From assembly GCF_036321535.1 (NCBI RefSeq), contig NC_087437.1, positions 66,342,001-66,406,000 on the forward strand: DNA of 64,000 nucleotides, in the 5' to 3' direction. Origin of the DNA: Camelus dromedarius (taxonomy: Eukaryota). The position numbers were made by a program, and so were the translations under genes. The notes under the pieces are model-generated. The model was given only the letters and a program-made list of their open reading frames with translations. It had not been told where the DNA came from and did not search any database. This document shows, one piece after another, positions 15,341 to 30,160 of this stretch (position 1 is the stretch's first letter; the number at the start of each line of letters is the position of its first letter).

Positions 15341-17654
15341 ACTGTCCCAGAGCCCTTAGATCTATAATATCTCTTGATTTCTAGCCGAGTTCTTTTTACT
15401 TTACATATTTCCCAGAGTACCACTGTTTAATCATTTGCCATTAAATGTTATGATTATTTCCTTAGAAATTATTTTTCATGACAGAGCCTGTAATGTAGGA
15501 AAGTAATGCCTACAGATATATATATATATATAATTGTTGTGTATATGTGTGTTTGTGTCATAGCTAATGTTTTAATAACCATAATTAGCAAGTTGGCCCT
15601 TTAGTGACTCTTATTTCTTAGGTACTTTTTTTTTTAAACATTTAAATGATGCCTCTACTTGTATTAGGAACTGTAAACCTTCATAAGTATTTGAACTCTT
15701 GTTTCTAAAGCTCATTACTTGGTTCATGCTATTTTTTTTTAACCTAGCTGTTAAAACTGCCTGTTATGTCGTTGATCCTATCTCTTTTGACATGTCTTTA
15801 AGAACTTTTTCCTTCTCCTTTCCAAATAAAATTATGGAGCATCTGTTATGTTTACAGCTCTCTTATAATGGAATTTTGCATCCCTATGGCTTTTTGTTAC
15901 TAGATGCTAGACATTATAATACCCTAGGGAGGAAAGTAAAGGTCAGAATTATTTGTTCCATGAACCACTGAATTGAATGTTGATTCATTTGCAAAGGCCT
16001 CCTTACAAAGCCCTTAAACATCTTCTCTTGATTACTTAATTTATATAGCTTTTCTTATATGCCAGGCACTGTTTCAGTGCCTTACAAATGTCAGCTCATT
16101 TAACTCTTATGAAAATAAAGAGCACAAGGGAAAGAACAAAACTTTTGAATGTCAAGCTCTATTTGTGTTGGCACCTAAAGGCTTACCTGTCAGGTTTTGG
16201 TTTGGTGGAAGCCCCTGTCAGAGTCTGCCCTCTCACTTAATCCTGCCTCAGGAGTGACAATGGACTGACTGTTACCTGTATACCTCGGAGGATGATTTTC
16301 TTCCCTGCTGCAGTTCAGAGCTGCTTATTTATCTTAAATGGTCTTATGGATAAAGAGCAATTGAGAAGTCATTAAGAGAAGTTAACCAGAAGAACTGTAC
16401 ACCTCTCTATTATAAAAAAGAAGTAAATATACTAATATTTCATTTATCTCAGAACTTTCTCATAAGTGTTGTAAGTTTTCCAAAGTGGAAAAAAAGACCC
16501 ATCTTATATTGGACAGCTCCATTAAAAAAAAAAAAAAAACAGAAAGAAAGGAAGAAAAGTTGTGGTACGTTGCTCAAAATAATGATCCTCCCTTGTCAAA
16601 AAGGAAGCTTTTCTAAAGATATGCAGAAATACATAGGTTTAAGAACTCCCATAATCTTTCAGCTACCAAAAAGATAATTTCTTCTAGCCTTCCTCATGAT
16701 CTCCACTTCCTTGCTTTCTGAGTTGTTCTGGCAGAGGTAAACGTACCACACAAGAGACCAGGTAGTAAACTAATACATCCCATGTGAGAAGATGGATTCT
16801 GTTCTACGTTTGAGAGCTCAGGTGTCTTGTTGTCAGTTCTAACTTTCCAAGAGTAGGTTACTCAGTGGTGAACTTAGAGCTGATGTTTAGAAAGGGATCT
16901 AAATGTCTTACGGAATTCTTAAAAATCCTTATAGATGATTTCTCTCTGAATGTGACCTATATTAGGTTGGCATTTTTCTAACAGAACCACTATATATTGC
17001 TTATGTGTATATATTAGAAGGGTTTGGGGGAAGGAAATAATTAGTAGTTTGAAATGCCTCAAGGACATACAAATGGAGATGCTCAGTAGACAGATACACA
17101 AGTGACTTAATAGGTGGTGGTGGTGGGACACTGAGTGGAGAGATGACATTAACATGGTTGGGTAGATATGGTATGTAGTCATGTGGTAGAGCTCTTAGGA
17201 GTTCAAAAACGAGGGAGAGGTGATATTATTTGAGGCCAGGACAGCAGAGAGCCAGCAGTTTGCCAGTATCGCTTTCTGGTCCTAGAGTATGTTGAGAGTT
17301 GAGAGCAGTCTTCATTTGAGAGAAGTCCAAGGAAACCAGTGCCTTTGGTTGTGATCCAGGTTTTGCCTTTGGTAGGGCAGTAAAAAGAAGCCTCTGAAGA
17401 GACTGGGGTTGTAAACTCCATGAAGAGTTTCTTCTGGGGTTTCACAGAGCTCAGGGGAAGCTCTGAGCAAGAGATCAGTGGTAAGAACATGAGCCTGAGG
17501 AGATGTGAGGAGGCAATTGGAAAGTGTTGAGGGCATTGTAAGGATGAGGAGAAGAATTCAGTGTTTTAGGATTATAGGGATGAAATTCTTGGTTAGGTGC
17601 CATGGATGAGTTTAAATGTAAATAGGAATATTTTATAATTCTCTCAATCTCCAT

Positions 17655-18075
17655 CATCTCTGATTCTCTTTCTCTCTGTCATTTTCTGTCAGTCTCTTCT
17701 TCTAAGCCTTTTCTCTCCTTTTCCTTTAGTCTCTGTTCACTTTCTGGATTTCTTCCCCTTTCACTCTGGGCTCTAGGTCTCTATCTCTCTATCTCTAGGT
17801 TTCTTTCCCACTCTCTTGGTCTCTGTCATCCCGTCAGGTTTATTTTTCCTCTTTAACTTTGGTGTTATGTCTGTCTCTCTTTTTCTCTCTGTTGGTTACT
17901 TCCTCTGTAGATATCTAAACTTCTTTCTCTGGATTTCTGTACCTCTCACTTACTGGGTTTCTACTCATCCTCTTTGAATATTTGATACTTTCTAAACTTT
18001 TGTGTGGCTTTCCATCTTTCCCGAGCCTTCCTCATTCTCTTTCTTGGTACCTGTTTTCTCTGAGCCTCTACTGCT
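17655..18075. repeat. CT-rich low-complexity tract (degenerate tctct repeats)
   Basis: Dense tctct/ttctct motifs over ~420 nt. Confidence 0.6.
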
Positions 18076-21000
18076 TCTTTTTAGGAAATTCTTAAAGAAG
18101 AAAAAAATTTTCACTCACAATCCTGACTTTTAACTTCATTACTATGTACCTTATTCCATATGTACATGCTTTACATAGATGTATGAATAACTGTTTATAA
18201 GCTTATTAAATATTCAAAATCTATTAAGCTATTTTGCTTAATAGCTTATAAATATTTTGTCCTCCAATATTTGCAAACACACGTGTTTTCTTCTGGTATA
18301 CTTACAATTTTTTAAAACTTTATGTAATTTGGGCATTTATTTTTTTTTGAAGATGTGGGATAAGGATGAAGCCTGCTATAATCACTGTTGTGTGCTAGAT
18401 GCTCATCTCTCTTACCCCATTCCCTCCCCCTGTCTCCAAGCAAAAGAATATTTCTCTTTTTCCTAGTCCACACCCATTTTACTGTTAGGATTATTCCCAT
18501 CTTTAGCCAGCCTGGCACATTCATCAGAGCAAAAGGCATCCACTTTGAAGGTTTTCTTTGCTAGTGCAAGTTCCCTAAACCCAATTCTAAGGAGAATTCT
18601 GGGCTACCATGCCACTTTGTTTAATGTCTTATTACCAGGCTCTCTGATATGCTGCTTTGCATTCCATCAAATTTTTTAAATGATAGCATGATTCTATTTA
18701 AAACTGAAGCTTCAAACAATTTTGTTCCTTGACATAAAAAATTTTCTGGGGGTAAAAGCATTATAGTAAATAGTATCTATTTTCCAGTGGATGGAGTTAT
18801 CTCAGCTCTTGTTGAATTTTTGTTAGGTGTAATCAAAATTTTGTCATTTGAATTTGTTAACTGAATGAACAGTTTTAGAGTGGAGTTCATAGAGGAGTGA
18901 TTTTCAGCAGTTAGAGAATTGTTTATTAATAAAAATGATAGGAAAACTGAATCATTGAGAGAAACACCCCTGGAATTGTACATCATGTAATTTGAAAGCC
19001 TAGTAACTGTTCTTAGAAATTAGTACTTTTTTCATTATGTTAGTAGGCTGTTTTCAGTATTTCCATCTAAATGATACTCTTCATATGTTGTATTTTTGTA
19101 CTTGACTTTTAAAACTTAGTACTAATTTGTGAATATTCAGGCATTGTGTACAATAATCCAAAAGATGGGCACCATTAAGAAAACAGCAGACCTAAGATTT
19201 TCCAGAAAATTGCATATGATAGGAATGCTGAATTCTGGTCCTTCTTTCTTCTCTGAATATTAGCATCCCCATTCTCATGAATTACCTTTTGCACAAACCT
19301 CCAAACAAGACTACTTTAGGAACATGAAAATATTAGTATTTTCCCTGCTGTGATGTGACTTCCTGGGAATGGGCACTCTCCCCTCAGGGATTATTCCTGT
19401 GACTGTTTAATTTACAGCAGAACATCTATAGGTTTAACAGGAGCATTAAAAGAATATGATATTGTTGAGCCTATTTATTTCAGATCAGTATTGATGGTAG
19501 TATTACTGATTGTGTTTGTTTTGGTTTTAGGTCTTAGGACTCAGTTACTTTTTTTATAAGGTGGATTTGATTTGAATATAAGCACAGAGCCATGAAGTAA
19601 AAGGTAGTTCACAGTGCCTTTGAGTGTAATGAGACACTAGCAGCGTCTTAGAAGATGAAGACAGACAAAGTGACAGCTTTTAAATGTCAAAATGTTTGTT
19701 TTATATACCTACAAAATGGACAGGCCTCTTCTGTGGTTCTAAAGAAAATTGGCAAGTTTTTGGTAGTTAATGGAATGAATAAATAAAATTTATTTGAGCA
19801 AAAGATAGGCTTACGTTAAACTGTGAAGTACTGGTTCAAACATTTGACCTATTATAGCAGAGGTTTCATTAACTTTTTTTGATGTATTCTGCTATGTTAA
19901 TATTATGAATAAAATACACTGCCTAAAAATGGATATCATTAGTACGTGATATGAAGCCTGAACTGTACAAAGTAGAGTAGAATTATCTTTCTTCATCTGA
20001 ACACAATACTTCTACCGTAACCTAATACTGCATCAAGTTTTTTCATTAGCTGCATCTCAGTGTTGATTCCTTTTGAGCTCTGTTCGGTTACACCTATCAT
20101 TTATTTTCCAGATGTATTACTATCAAGTCTTATCTGTCATTCTGCATGATAAATTGATACTTTGACTTTAATCATAGAGTTTTATATTTATCTTTGTTAA
20201 ATTTTACATTGTGGGTTTGGCTTACATTTTAAGCTATTCTTCTAGGTTTGCATCAATATTAGGTGGTTGTGTTGAAGCAGAAAATTGTAAGCTGACTGCC
20301 AAATCCATACCCTGATATGTATTATTTGTCTAGCACATTGTTGCTGTTTTTTAGAAAATTGGAGTCCTTTTAGTTAAATCTATTACTATCTGATTTACCA
20401 ACCACCTCCTCTTGCTGCATTACACATTTTGGCTTCACACATTGACATTTATTGTTCAGCCATTGAAGGCATTTGCAACCCCTAATAAATGAAGTCATTT
20501 ACGAAAATTTGAAAGGACACGGGGAGGACAGTTTGTAGCCCTACAAGAAGGAATCTCCCTTGAATGTGGCATTCATTTTTTAATCTTCTTACTCTTCACT
20601 TTGGTATGATTATTTAGCAACTGAATCAAATTGCCATATACATCTCCAAGTTGTTCATAAATATATCATGATTAACTTTGTCAAGTGATTAATTAAAATC
20701 AAGAAACCTTGTAGTCAAACAGTAGTTAAAAGAGGATAACTTTAATGTCTGTATTAATGACTTTTCTAAAACCCAAGTTACCATTACTTAGATTCTACTT
20801 GATACAGCAATCCTTTTGACACCAGTTCATCATTCTCTATGTTTATTCCCTTTGTTGGACCTCACCTTCACTTGGAACCAATTCTAGTCTAAATCTTGAT
20901 CCCTGAAAATTTCTTCTCTTAGCCTTCAGGATTACTTTTACTAACGTCAGTTTTACGTATAACCTTACCTCTTCTTTTACAAGGAATAGGATAATCAGAC

Positions 21001-21099
21001 ATACATTCATTTCACTTAAAAATTCTCCCTAACACCTAATCATTTATTTTAGATGTACAGGGAAAAAAATGTGGTATCATTTCTTTTTAAAGATAATAG

Positions 21100-21310
21100 T
21101 TAAAATTGAGTCTATTATATGCCATGTAATATGCTTCATATAGATTATCTCTTTATAATCTTCATGGCAGTCTTTTAAAGTAGCACTATTTTACAGGAAT
21201 CTGAGACTTAGAGAGGTTAAGTAATTTGCTTGTGGTCACATAACTTGTAGTAGCAAAGTTGGGACTTTATTGACTCATGCTAACCTTGCCTCTTAATTAC
21301 TACATGATAC
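21100..21310 (-). mobile_element. MIR SINE
   Basis: Core ttttacag...ctgagacttagagaggttaagtaatttgcttgtggtcaca. Confidence 0.8.
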
Positions 21311-21319
21311 GGCTTCTCT

Positions 21320-22430
21320 GTGTTCTTGTTTTCCTCTTCTTATGATGTTCTAGAATCTTGTTTCATCAGTTATCCCTTTTCTTTCATTTCTTATGATTTT
21401 ATTCTGTCTTTATCCACTCAGTCTACAAATAAAGTTGGGTCTTTTAGCCCTTAAAAAATACAAACAAAAAGCACATCAACATTTTTCTTTGACTTTCCTT
21501 ACCCTCAAGTTACCAACTTCCAACTCTTTCCTTACTTTCACCACTAGGGATTTTTTAAGAACAAACTAAATTAAATGCCTCTTATTCCTCACCTGCCTTC
21601 TGCTCATTCATGAACTCAGTACTGGTTGTTTGCTACTGGCACTGTGGTCTGAAACTACTCTTTTCAGTGCCATCACTGAACCACAGTATACCAGATCCAA
21701 CAACCTTTTCAGTCCTATCCTTCCTGACATTGAAATGCTTTGCTGTTCCACATCTCATCATTATTGAAATTCGGCTTTGAATCTCTTTCGTTGATCTTTT
21801 ATGCCTCTTAGTTCTCTTCCCTAGTCATTACTAAGTTGTTTCCTAATGTCACCTGCTTCTTACGTTTTGAAGATTTTATGCTCAGTCCTTTCCTCATTCT
21901 CTTACTGTATATACTCTTCTTAGGTGAGTGTTTCTCTTCTCAGAATTTCGGCTATATTGCCTAAATCTCTAGCTATACTCCACTGTTGTTTTCTGAGTTT
22001 GACTTGACCAGCCACCTGTGTATTTCCAACCACCTGTGGGACATAGCCACCTAAAAGGTTCTGAGATGCGTTAAGTAAAAGTTCAGCTACGTTTTTTCCT
22101 CACACCTTTTTGCTCCTTAGTGCTTTCCGTGCCTCATTACCTGCCTAGTTGCCCAAGTTAAGAGATTGTTAAATCCAAACTTGTTTGTTTCTCAGGTTGT
22201 CTATTACTCTCTTGTTTAACTAGCCAATATACTTGCTCCCCACTTCCCTTGGTTTTTAAGTCCTTATTGCCTAGGCCTTGGATTTTTGTAGGAGGTTTCC
22301 AACTACTCCCACTACTTTCGTTCTCATCCTCCCAATTGCCCCCCTCTGCATGCCCATTTTTCATAGTGCTGTTTAGTTAAAATCTGGCAGACTGTCATCT
22401 GAATTTTTAAATAATATCCATTGCCTCCGA
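21320..22430 (+). mobile_element. Decayed LINE-2 fragment
   Basis: Pyrimidine-rich L2 ORF2-like motifs (ctgaaactactct, ttccaactactccc). Confidence 0.5.
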
Positions 22431-22434
22431 GCTT

Positions 22435-24300
22435 AATTTATTCAGCAAATATTTATGAAATACATACTATGTACTAAGCACTATTCAGGTGAGGATACAG
22501 TAAAGAACAAAACAGACAAAAATCTTTTCCTTCATGGAGCTTAGTCTAGTTGGGGAAGCAGACAATAAAAAGTAAACTATATGGTTGGAAAGTGCTAAGT
22601 ATCATGGGGAAGAATATAATGAGAAAGGTAGATGGCAATGTAGGGTGGAGGAATCAACTGCAGTTTTAAATGGGGGGAATAGGGAAAGCCGCCCTAAGAG
22701 GTAGCACTTAAGCAAAGGTTTGAAGGAGTTTGGGCAAGTGAGCTATGTATATATTTGTGGGGGTGGGGAACATTCCAGGCCAAAGTACTGATCAGTTCAG
22801 AAGCCCTGAATGTGAAGACCTGCCAGATGTGTTCAAGAAACAGCAGGAAGCTCTTGTCTCTAGAAATGAGTGAGCAGTGGAGTAGAGGTCAGGGAAATAA
22901 GGAAGTGTGTGAATAGGACCCTGTAGACCATTTATAAGAATAAATCTTAATGAGATGGAGTGGAAGAGATATACTCCACCTTATATTTTGTTGATGTTAG
23001 ATTGTAAAGGGCTAAAGGTGGAAGCAGGGAGACCATTTAGGAGGTTAGTGCAATAATCTAGGTGAGAGGTAATAGTGGCTCAGACCAGGGTTATAGCAGT
23101 GCAGATGGTAAGAAGTGTATGTGTGATAGAAAGAGGAGAATAGGGAATTAATGATTTTTCTAAGGTTTTCAGCCTGACGGTGTTAAGTACGCAATTGGAT
23201 ATACTAGTCTGGACTTAAAGGCAGAGGTCCAGGATCTATAAGAATTTGAGAGTCATCAGTGTATAGTAGTATTGAGCCATAAGAGTAGAAGAGTAAGCTT
23301 ACACAAAGAATAGAGATTTGAGGACTGAGACTCAGGATCCTCCATTCCTTAGGAGTTAAAGGAGAATAGAAGGAACCAGAAATGGAGAGCCAGAAGAGCT
23401 GTTTTTAAGGTAGGATGAAAACCCAAAGGGTGTAGTATTCTAAAACCCAAGTGAAGTGAGTGTTTCAAAGAATGGAACATGATCAAGTATGTCTGATGGT
23501 AGTGCTAAGTCAAGTAGAAGGGAGGGGTAAGATGATACCTGAAAATCAGCATTAGATACAGCAACAAGGAGATTATTGATCTTGATGAATAATTCTGCTG
23601 GAGTAATGGTGATGAAATTATATTGGAGTGGGTTTTAGAGGGAATGAGAAGAGACAGGTATTGGTGGAAGTCAGTTTAGATACCTCTTTTGAAGAATTTT
23701 GCTGTTAAAGGGGGCCAGAAAATGCAGTGATTAGTGCAGTCAGAGGTTTGGGTTTTTGTTTTTCTTTTTCCAACAATGGAAGAAATAACAACTTTGTGTA
23801 CTGATTGTAATGCTGTCACAGAGAAAATGATGGAGGAAGACAGGAAAATTACTGAAGCAATGAGTGAATAGGAAAAGCAGAATAGTTTGTTTTGTTTTGT
23901 TTTTAAACATGTGGCAGAGTTTGCCTTAGGAACGAGCTTGGTCAGCTTATCTCTGGTTAGTGTAGTGAAGGAAGAACATGTGGGGATAGATGCTGGTAAA
24001 TGGGTACATGTGGTGCAAGGAGAGACATCAGCTGAGGGTGAGGGTAGGAGAAGAGGTGTTAGAAGTTGAAGACAAAGAGAGAAGAAATCAAGTAATTTGG
24101 AAAAGTGAATGGACTAGACAAATGCAGCATGATTGCAGGGCCGATTGAATTTCTTGTTGATGAATTTAATGTGAAATCAGTCAGCACAATTTTAGGTTTC
24201 TTTGCAGCCAGGTTCAGCTCTTTGGGTACAGATATGGAATGGGTGGAAAGCTGGATCTAACCAGGGTTGTGGTTTATCAAACAAGTATGATGTAAGAGAA
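22435..24300 (-). mobile_element. LINE-2 (L2a-like) antisense fragment
   Basis: Begins with the reverse L2 3' end attcagcaaatatttatgaaatacatactatgtactaagcact...ccttcatggagcttag. Purine-rich body. Confidence 0.8.
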
Positions 24301-24314
24301 GAGTATATACTGGA

Positions 24315-24528
24315 GTAGCCTTAGCAAACTTTTTCATTAAAGGCCAGATAGTGAATATTTATGGTTTTGCAGGCTATGTGCTTTCTGTCAAAACTATTCA
24401 ACTCTGCTGTTACTGTAGCCCCAAAGCAGCAATAGACAGTACTTAAGTAAATGAGCATCTCTGTGTTCCTGTAAAACTTTATTTGTAAAAATAGGCATCA
24501 GGCCTTTGCTATTATTTACTGACCCCCG
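24315..24528. mobile_element. MER58A-like hAT-Charlie MITE
   Basis: gcaaactttttcattaaaggccagatagtgaatattt...actattcaactctgc...ctgacccc. Confidence 0.8.
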
Positions 24529-25289
24529 TGTTGGAGAGTGAGGGCAATGATAGACCATAGAATTTAAACTAGTTATGGAGGGAAGAGAGGAGAACATGAA
24601 GGAGTGAGGGAAAGTGAAAAGGTAGTAGGGTCAATGGCATGCTGTCTCACTAAAGTGTTTCCTGAGCTCTGCTGTGTTCTTTGACCCCCCCCATCTTGAA
24701 TATAGTTTTCTCTCTGCCTGAAATACCCCTTTCATACTCAATGTAGATGACATCTCTTACTTGCACCCTTACTCCCTCTGCAGTGACTAATGACATTTAG
24801 AAAATGCTCAGTAAATGCTGAAAAATGAAATTCACTTCAGTTTGGTAGGTAAGATGATTTCAAAGTGGGAAAATTGTGAAAGTTTACCTGCAGATTTTCC
24901 CGCTCAGCAAGTAGCCAGTTCTAGACTTGAACACAGTGATTCTCAACTTTATTTTCTGCTTCCATTTGCTTATCTGATAATGATTCACATGAAAAGGGTA
25001 AGGGTAGCACTCTGTTTCTCTTTTCCTACTTGGTACTTAGTTGGAATTCCCTTCTTTCTTTCCACTGATCTTGGATTGGTGTCTTTATGCTGCTGAGAAT
25101 GGCTGTTTAAACATATGACCTGCAATAAACTTGTGAGTATGGTAACTTGCTGCCTTATAAGTTACTTTTTTTTTTCCAGTTAATTGTAGGAGACAAGTGG
25201 TTGTCTTATTAATTATGTACTATCAGATAACCATAGAATCTTTTTGTAGAGGTTAAAGAGATTTTGAAGTCTAACTTATCATGTAATAG

Positions 25290-25380
25290 TTGAAGAAACT
25301 GAAGCCTGGAGAGATTAAGTGATTTACATACATCAGGTAGCAGCAGAGCTAGAACTAGAAATGCATATTTCTTAGCTCCC
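25290..25380 (-). mobile_element. MIR fragment
   Basis: gaagaaactgaagcctggagagattaagtgattt...agcagagctagaactagaa. Confidence 0.65.
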
Positions 25381-25725
25381 TATTCTATACTTATTCTACT
25401 ACCATGACTCCTTTTCCTGACGGTGATGTTTCTCAAACTAAAAAATATGAAACTTTGTGACAGATGATATCCTCTAAAATCATATAACCAAAATAATAGT
25501 TTAAATACAATTAGGAATTTTAAGCATTGAAATGGCTGTGTTTTTGCCATGAAATTGTTTGTAAAAAAGTGTGGTATACTTATTTTTACTATTATGGTTA
25601 TATTCTGAATTAATTTTGTATAATTAAAATTGAACACACGAATCTTTTCTTTAAAAATCTGAATAAATGAATATATAGAGAATTTACTCTAATTTGGGTA
25701 TTCAAAAACTAGTTCCTAATCTTAG

Positions 25726-25917
<192 letters not shown>

Positions 25918-27754
25918 TGAGCCAGGGAGAATGCTTGCGTGTGTTTGAACTATATTATTACGTCTCATACTGAGAGGGAAAAGCTACAAAGTAGGTATTG
26001 CTAGAGCTTCATTAAATTTTTTTATAGTTTTTAAGTGTGTGAAGCTTTCACCTTTTAAACTTTCATGACTCAGGTATTAAAAATACTTGTCATCTTTCTG
26101 ACAAATGAATTTTTTCAGACAGTTACAGATCTTAATTTTGCTCACCACAGCACCTTTTATTTCTTATAACCCTTATTGAGCCATGGACTAAAATAGGAGC
26201 AAGCATATCATATAAAATTATAAAATATGGGTATAAATATGGTCAAATTCATTGTTTTATTGCATTTATAGATAATAGTGTGTCTGTAGCTGAAGTTTAA
26301 ACTTTTGATAATTTTAAGTTTGGGCGGACTCTATTAAGATGTTATTTAATTTTTGGTACCTGATATCAGTGTTATCCTGTTTATTTGTCAGAACTTAACA
26401 GCAGAGTAACTAGGATTTATCCAACATAATTGTGACTAAAGGTGTGGTAGATTATTAGAAGCACATTGTTTGTTTAACTATTGACATTGAGAAAATTAAC
26501 TGAGTTAAGTTTAAAAGTTCAGATATCTAAATATAATATTTTGCACTTTACCTTTAATACAAATAATTCTAGACAGTAAAGTGGCATTGACTCAGTGTTT
26601 TTATTTGTGTATTGAAGTTTTACGATTTTAAACTTTATAGTAATGAAATAGGTACCAAAGCAGGACTTTGGTAGCTAGATGATTTTGGCAAGGAGTCCAG
26701 TATTCCTATTGAATACAGTGCTGGGAATTTAAAAATCTAATTCCAGTATAATTTTATTTGGGCTTAACAAAACTTGGTTGAGGTTGTGGCTCAATCAGTG
26801 ATAGTAGGAACTAAAAGACATAGTTTTTCTACTATAAATTTACTTCAGTAAAGTAAAATTTACTTTAGTAAATTTGAAGTTTACTTTTACTTTAGTACTT
26901 TATTCTGTTTTTTTGATTAGCAGATCTTGTTTAAGATAACCAGCACAATAGTATGTCCCTTTGAACTTCCTAAATCTAAAATAATCTTTGAGCTTCTTAC
27001 CTTAGAATGATGATGGATTCTTTTCTACCTACACTGTGACTCTCATTATTGTCAGTATAGAGAACTGGCCCATTTATGAAGCAGGAGAAACCCTAGATGT
27101 ATTCCTGAAGACCTAGTTTTGACACTCAATCTTGCTACTTAGTTAAGTGCTTTCTGGGCAAGTTACTGATCCAGTTTCTACTTGACTTCCCTGTTTGTAA
27201 AATTGTACTTATTTCCTGCATTGTTGGTCTGTAAGATGAACTTAATATATGAGAAACATTGTTGAAACTGTAAAGTAAAAGAAGATCTTAACACTGCCTT
27301 AAAAAATGGTAAGTTGGGAGCATTCACTAAGAGGTGCACGGTGGTTAGACAAGCTTTTGTTCCAGCTCTTTAATTCAAATAAATGCAAAGTGATTGCCGA
27401 ATAATATGAAGCCTGATAAAATACTTCATTTGCCTCTAATAAGGAGAAAAAAGGATACACAAATAACTATAAAACAAAAAATACAGTTTCATGAAAAAGG
27501 TTATGAGGCTAGATATATCATATTTTTTTGAATTGGCAAAATTCCCTTGGAAAAGAGAGGGATATAGTAAATACCTCTGTTGAATCTGCCTTCCAAATTT
27601 ATTTACCTCTTAGCAGATCTGTATTGATCCCTAACTAAGGAATCCCTATTTTCTAACCACTTTTTAACATAAAATGTGCCAAATGGTTTTCTTTTCCTGT
27701 ATCTGTCTGCAGAAATTTTGCTGATTTCAGGATCTTTTTGTTAGTCACTGTAAA

Positions 27755-27965
27755 CATTTGTTTTTATTATTGAAGATTTCAAATATAAGTAAAAGTAGAG
27801 AAAATAGAATAGTGAAACCCCATGTACCCATCACACAGCTTCAACAGTTATCATTTCATGTCCACTCTTATTTCATCTGTACCACCCTCTGCTCCCCCTT
27901 CCTTTATTTTAAAGCAAATCACAGTTACTGTTTTCATCTGCAAGTATTTTGGGGGGGGTGTATAA

Positions 27966-28020
<55 letters not shown>

Positions 28021-28430
28021 AGGGACTTTCTTTTTAAAAACATAATTACAATGCCATTGTCTTACCTATACAAATAAATAGTACTTTATAGTATCATTAA
28101 ATATTCAGTCATGGTTTGTATTCCTGGTATGTCTTATACATATCTTTTTAAAGTTTCTTTGTTGGAGTTTGGATCCAAGTAAAGTCCATATGTTATCATT
28201 GACAGATGTTCCCCTAATGTTTCTAATGTTTTATAGCTTTGCTGTTAGACACTGGGTCATTTGATGTACAGTATTTCAGTCTGGATTTTGCTGATGGGAT
28301 TACTATGGTGTTAATATGTTCCTCTGTCCTCAGTATTTCCTGTAAATCAGTGATTAGGTATATTTTTGTAGCAGTCAAGACCACTTCACATGTAGATGGT
28401 ACCGTATGTCAGTGCTTTATCTGACTTTTA
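27755..28430 (-). mobile_element. Old L1 (L1MC/L1ME-type) 3' end containing a (TAAA)n repeat
   Basis: tttattattgaagatttcaaa...ccccatgtacccatcacacagcttcaac, an old-L1 3' UTR signature. Confidence 0.65.
27964..28021. repeat. (TAAA)n microsatellite
   Basis: About 14 perfect units. Confidence 0.95.
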
Positions 28431-29301
28431 ACTGTCTTTTTTTGTTGTTGTTGGTTTTTTACCAAGATACTGGTATCTTTGGTTTGAATCATTTCAAAAG
28501 TTCTTTCCATGATATATAACTTTGGAGTAGAGGTCAGGAGGTGAATAGACAGAAAAATTTATAAGTGAACCAGGACACTGACCTTGGAATAAATAGGTTT
28601 AAGCTATAATCACTTTCTTCACAAAGATCCTCTCTTTCCCAGTCAAGGGTCTAATTCTTTCTTCCATGCAGACCCAGTTTCTCAGTGTATCTTGTTTTGT
28701 AATAAAATTGAAATAAATATTCTTTTAAATTGATGTCAGTAGTCAGCTAGAATCTATTTTTAAATGGCATTTTAAAATCTACCTAATTATGAAGGATATT
28801 AACAGGAAGAGTGGTGATACTGTTAACAGAGTTACTGATGTCTTAATAGATCGTTGATAATAGATATTCTCGGTTCACATGTAAGTTTCCCCAGACCTCT
28901 ATGTCAGTAACCTCTAACATCTCAGAAAAATATTACTCTAAAGATGAAACTGTAAATAGTTTTAAAGATTAATGATCTTAAAAAACAGAAGACTTGGCTT
29001 CTGGTCTAAATGTTGTTAACTTAATTAGCCACACGATTTGGGAATACCCTTTTGAGCTTTTTAATCTGTGTTTAGGAAAACACAGGCTTGTGGTGAAATG
29101 TTAGTAAAATAAAAAATTATAAAACACGTAAAATTTCCTTTTTTAAACTATTAAAGGATGGTACAAATATAACACTAATTAAACTTTAATTAGCCAATTA
29201 ATGTAGAAATGATACGAAACTTCTTAAAGGAAGATTGAGTGCTAACAGTCCCTGTTCTGTTCTGAAAATCTGTTACTTTGTTTCCTGCTTAAGGATTCTG
29301 A

Positions 29302-29481
<180 letters not shown>

Positions 29482-29589
29482 TAAACTAGCTCTCTTTTCT
29501 TCTCCCTTTCTTCTCTCCTACCCCACCCCCCTGCCCTATATGCTCTTTAAAATATATTAATTTTACACTGTCAGTCTAAAAATATTGTT

Positions 29590-30160
29590 ACCATTATTCA
29601 GGGAGTATAAACTAGTGCAGTTTCTTGTTAGGGTATTTTGGTAAGTTCAAAATTATAAATGTGTATAATCTTTCATCCAGCAGTTTAACTCCTAAGAATT
29701 ATTCCCTTACAAATACACATTTACAAAATAGTATATATACTAGAATTTTTTCATAGCATTGTTTATAAATGTCAGTAGGAAAATGACCAGATAAATTACA
29801 GTACATAACACATAAAATGTAATACGTGCAGCCATTAAAAAGAATGGAGTAGCTCTTTATAAATTGAAAGGAATGATCTCTAAGAAATATTAAATTCAAA
29901 AAGCAAGGTCAGGACTCTGTATAGTATGTTCCTTTTTGTATCTTAAAAACACAGAGTATAGCCATATGTGCACAGATAAATGCATGGCTTATTTCTCAAA
30001 TGATATATAATAAATTCATAGCATTGATTACTCCTAGGAAGGAAAACTGGAAGTGGTTGCTACATGTGAGTTGGGAAACTTACTTTTTCATTGATCATAC
30101 TTTTTGTATTGTTTGAATTTTCATTATGTATATATATTACTTTTTAATAAAAACTAATTT
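29590..30160 (+). mobile_element. Old L1 (L1ME-type) 3' end, sense to GSK3B
   Basis: ccagcagtttaactcctaagaatt...tgcagccattaaaaagaatg motifs. Confidence 0.7.

Noticed and set aside
16900..17650. Purine-rich stretch with several short minus-strand ORFs, as a possible gene or LTR
   Set aside because: No recognisable protein similarity, TSD or LTR termini. Left unassigned.
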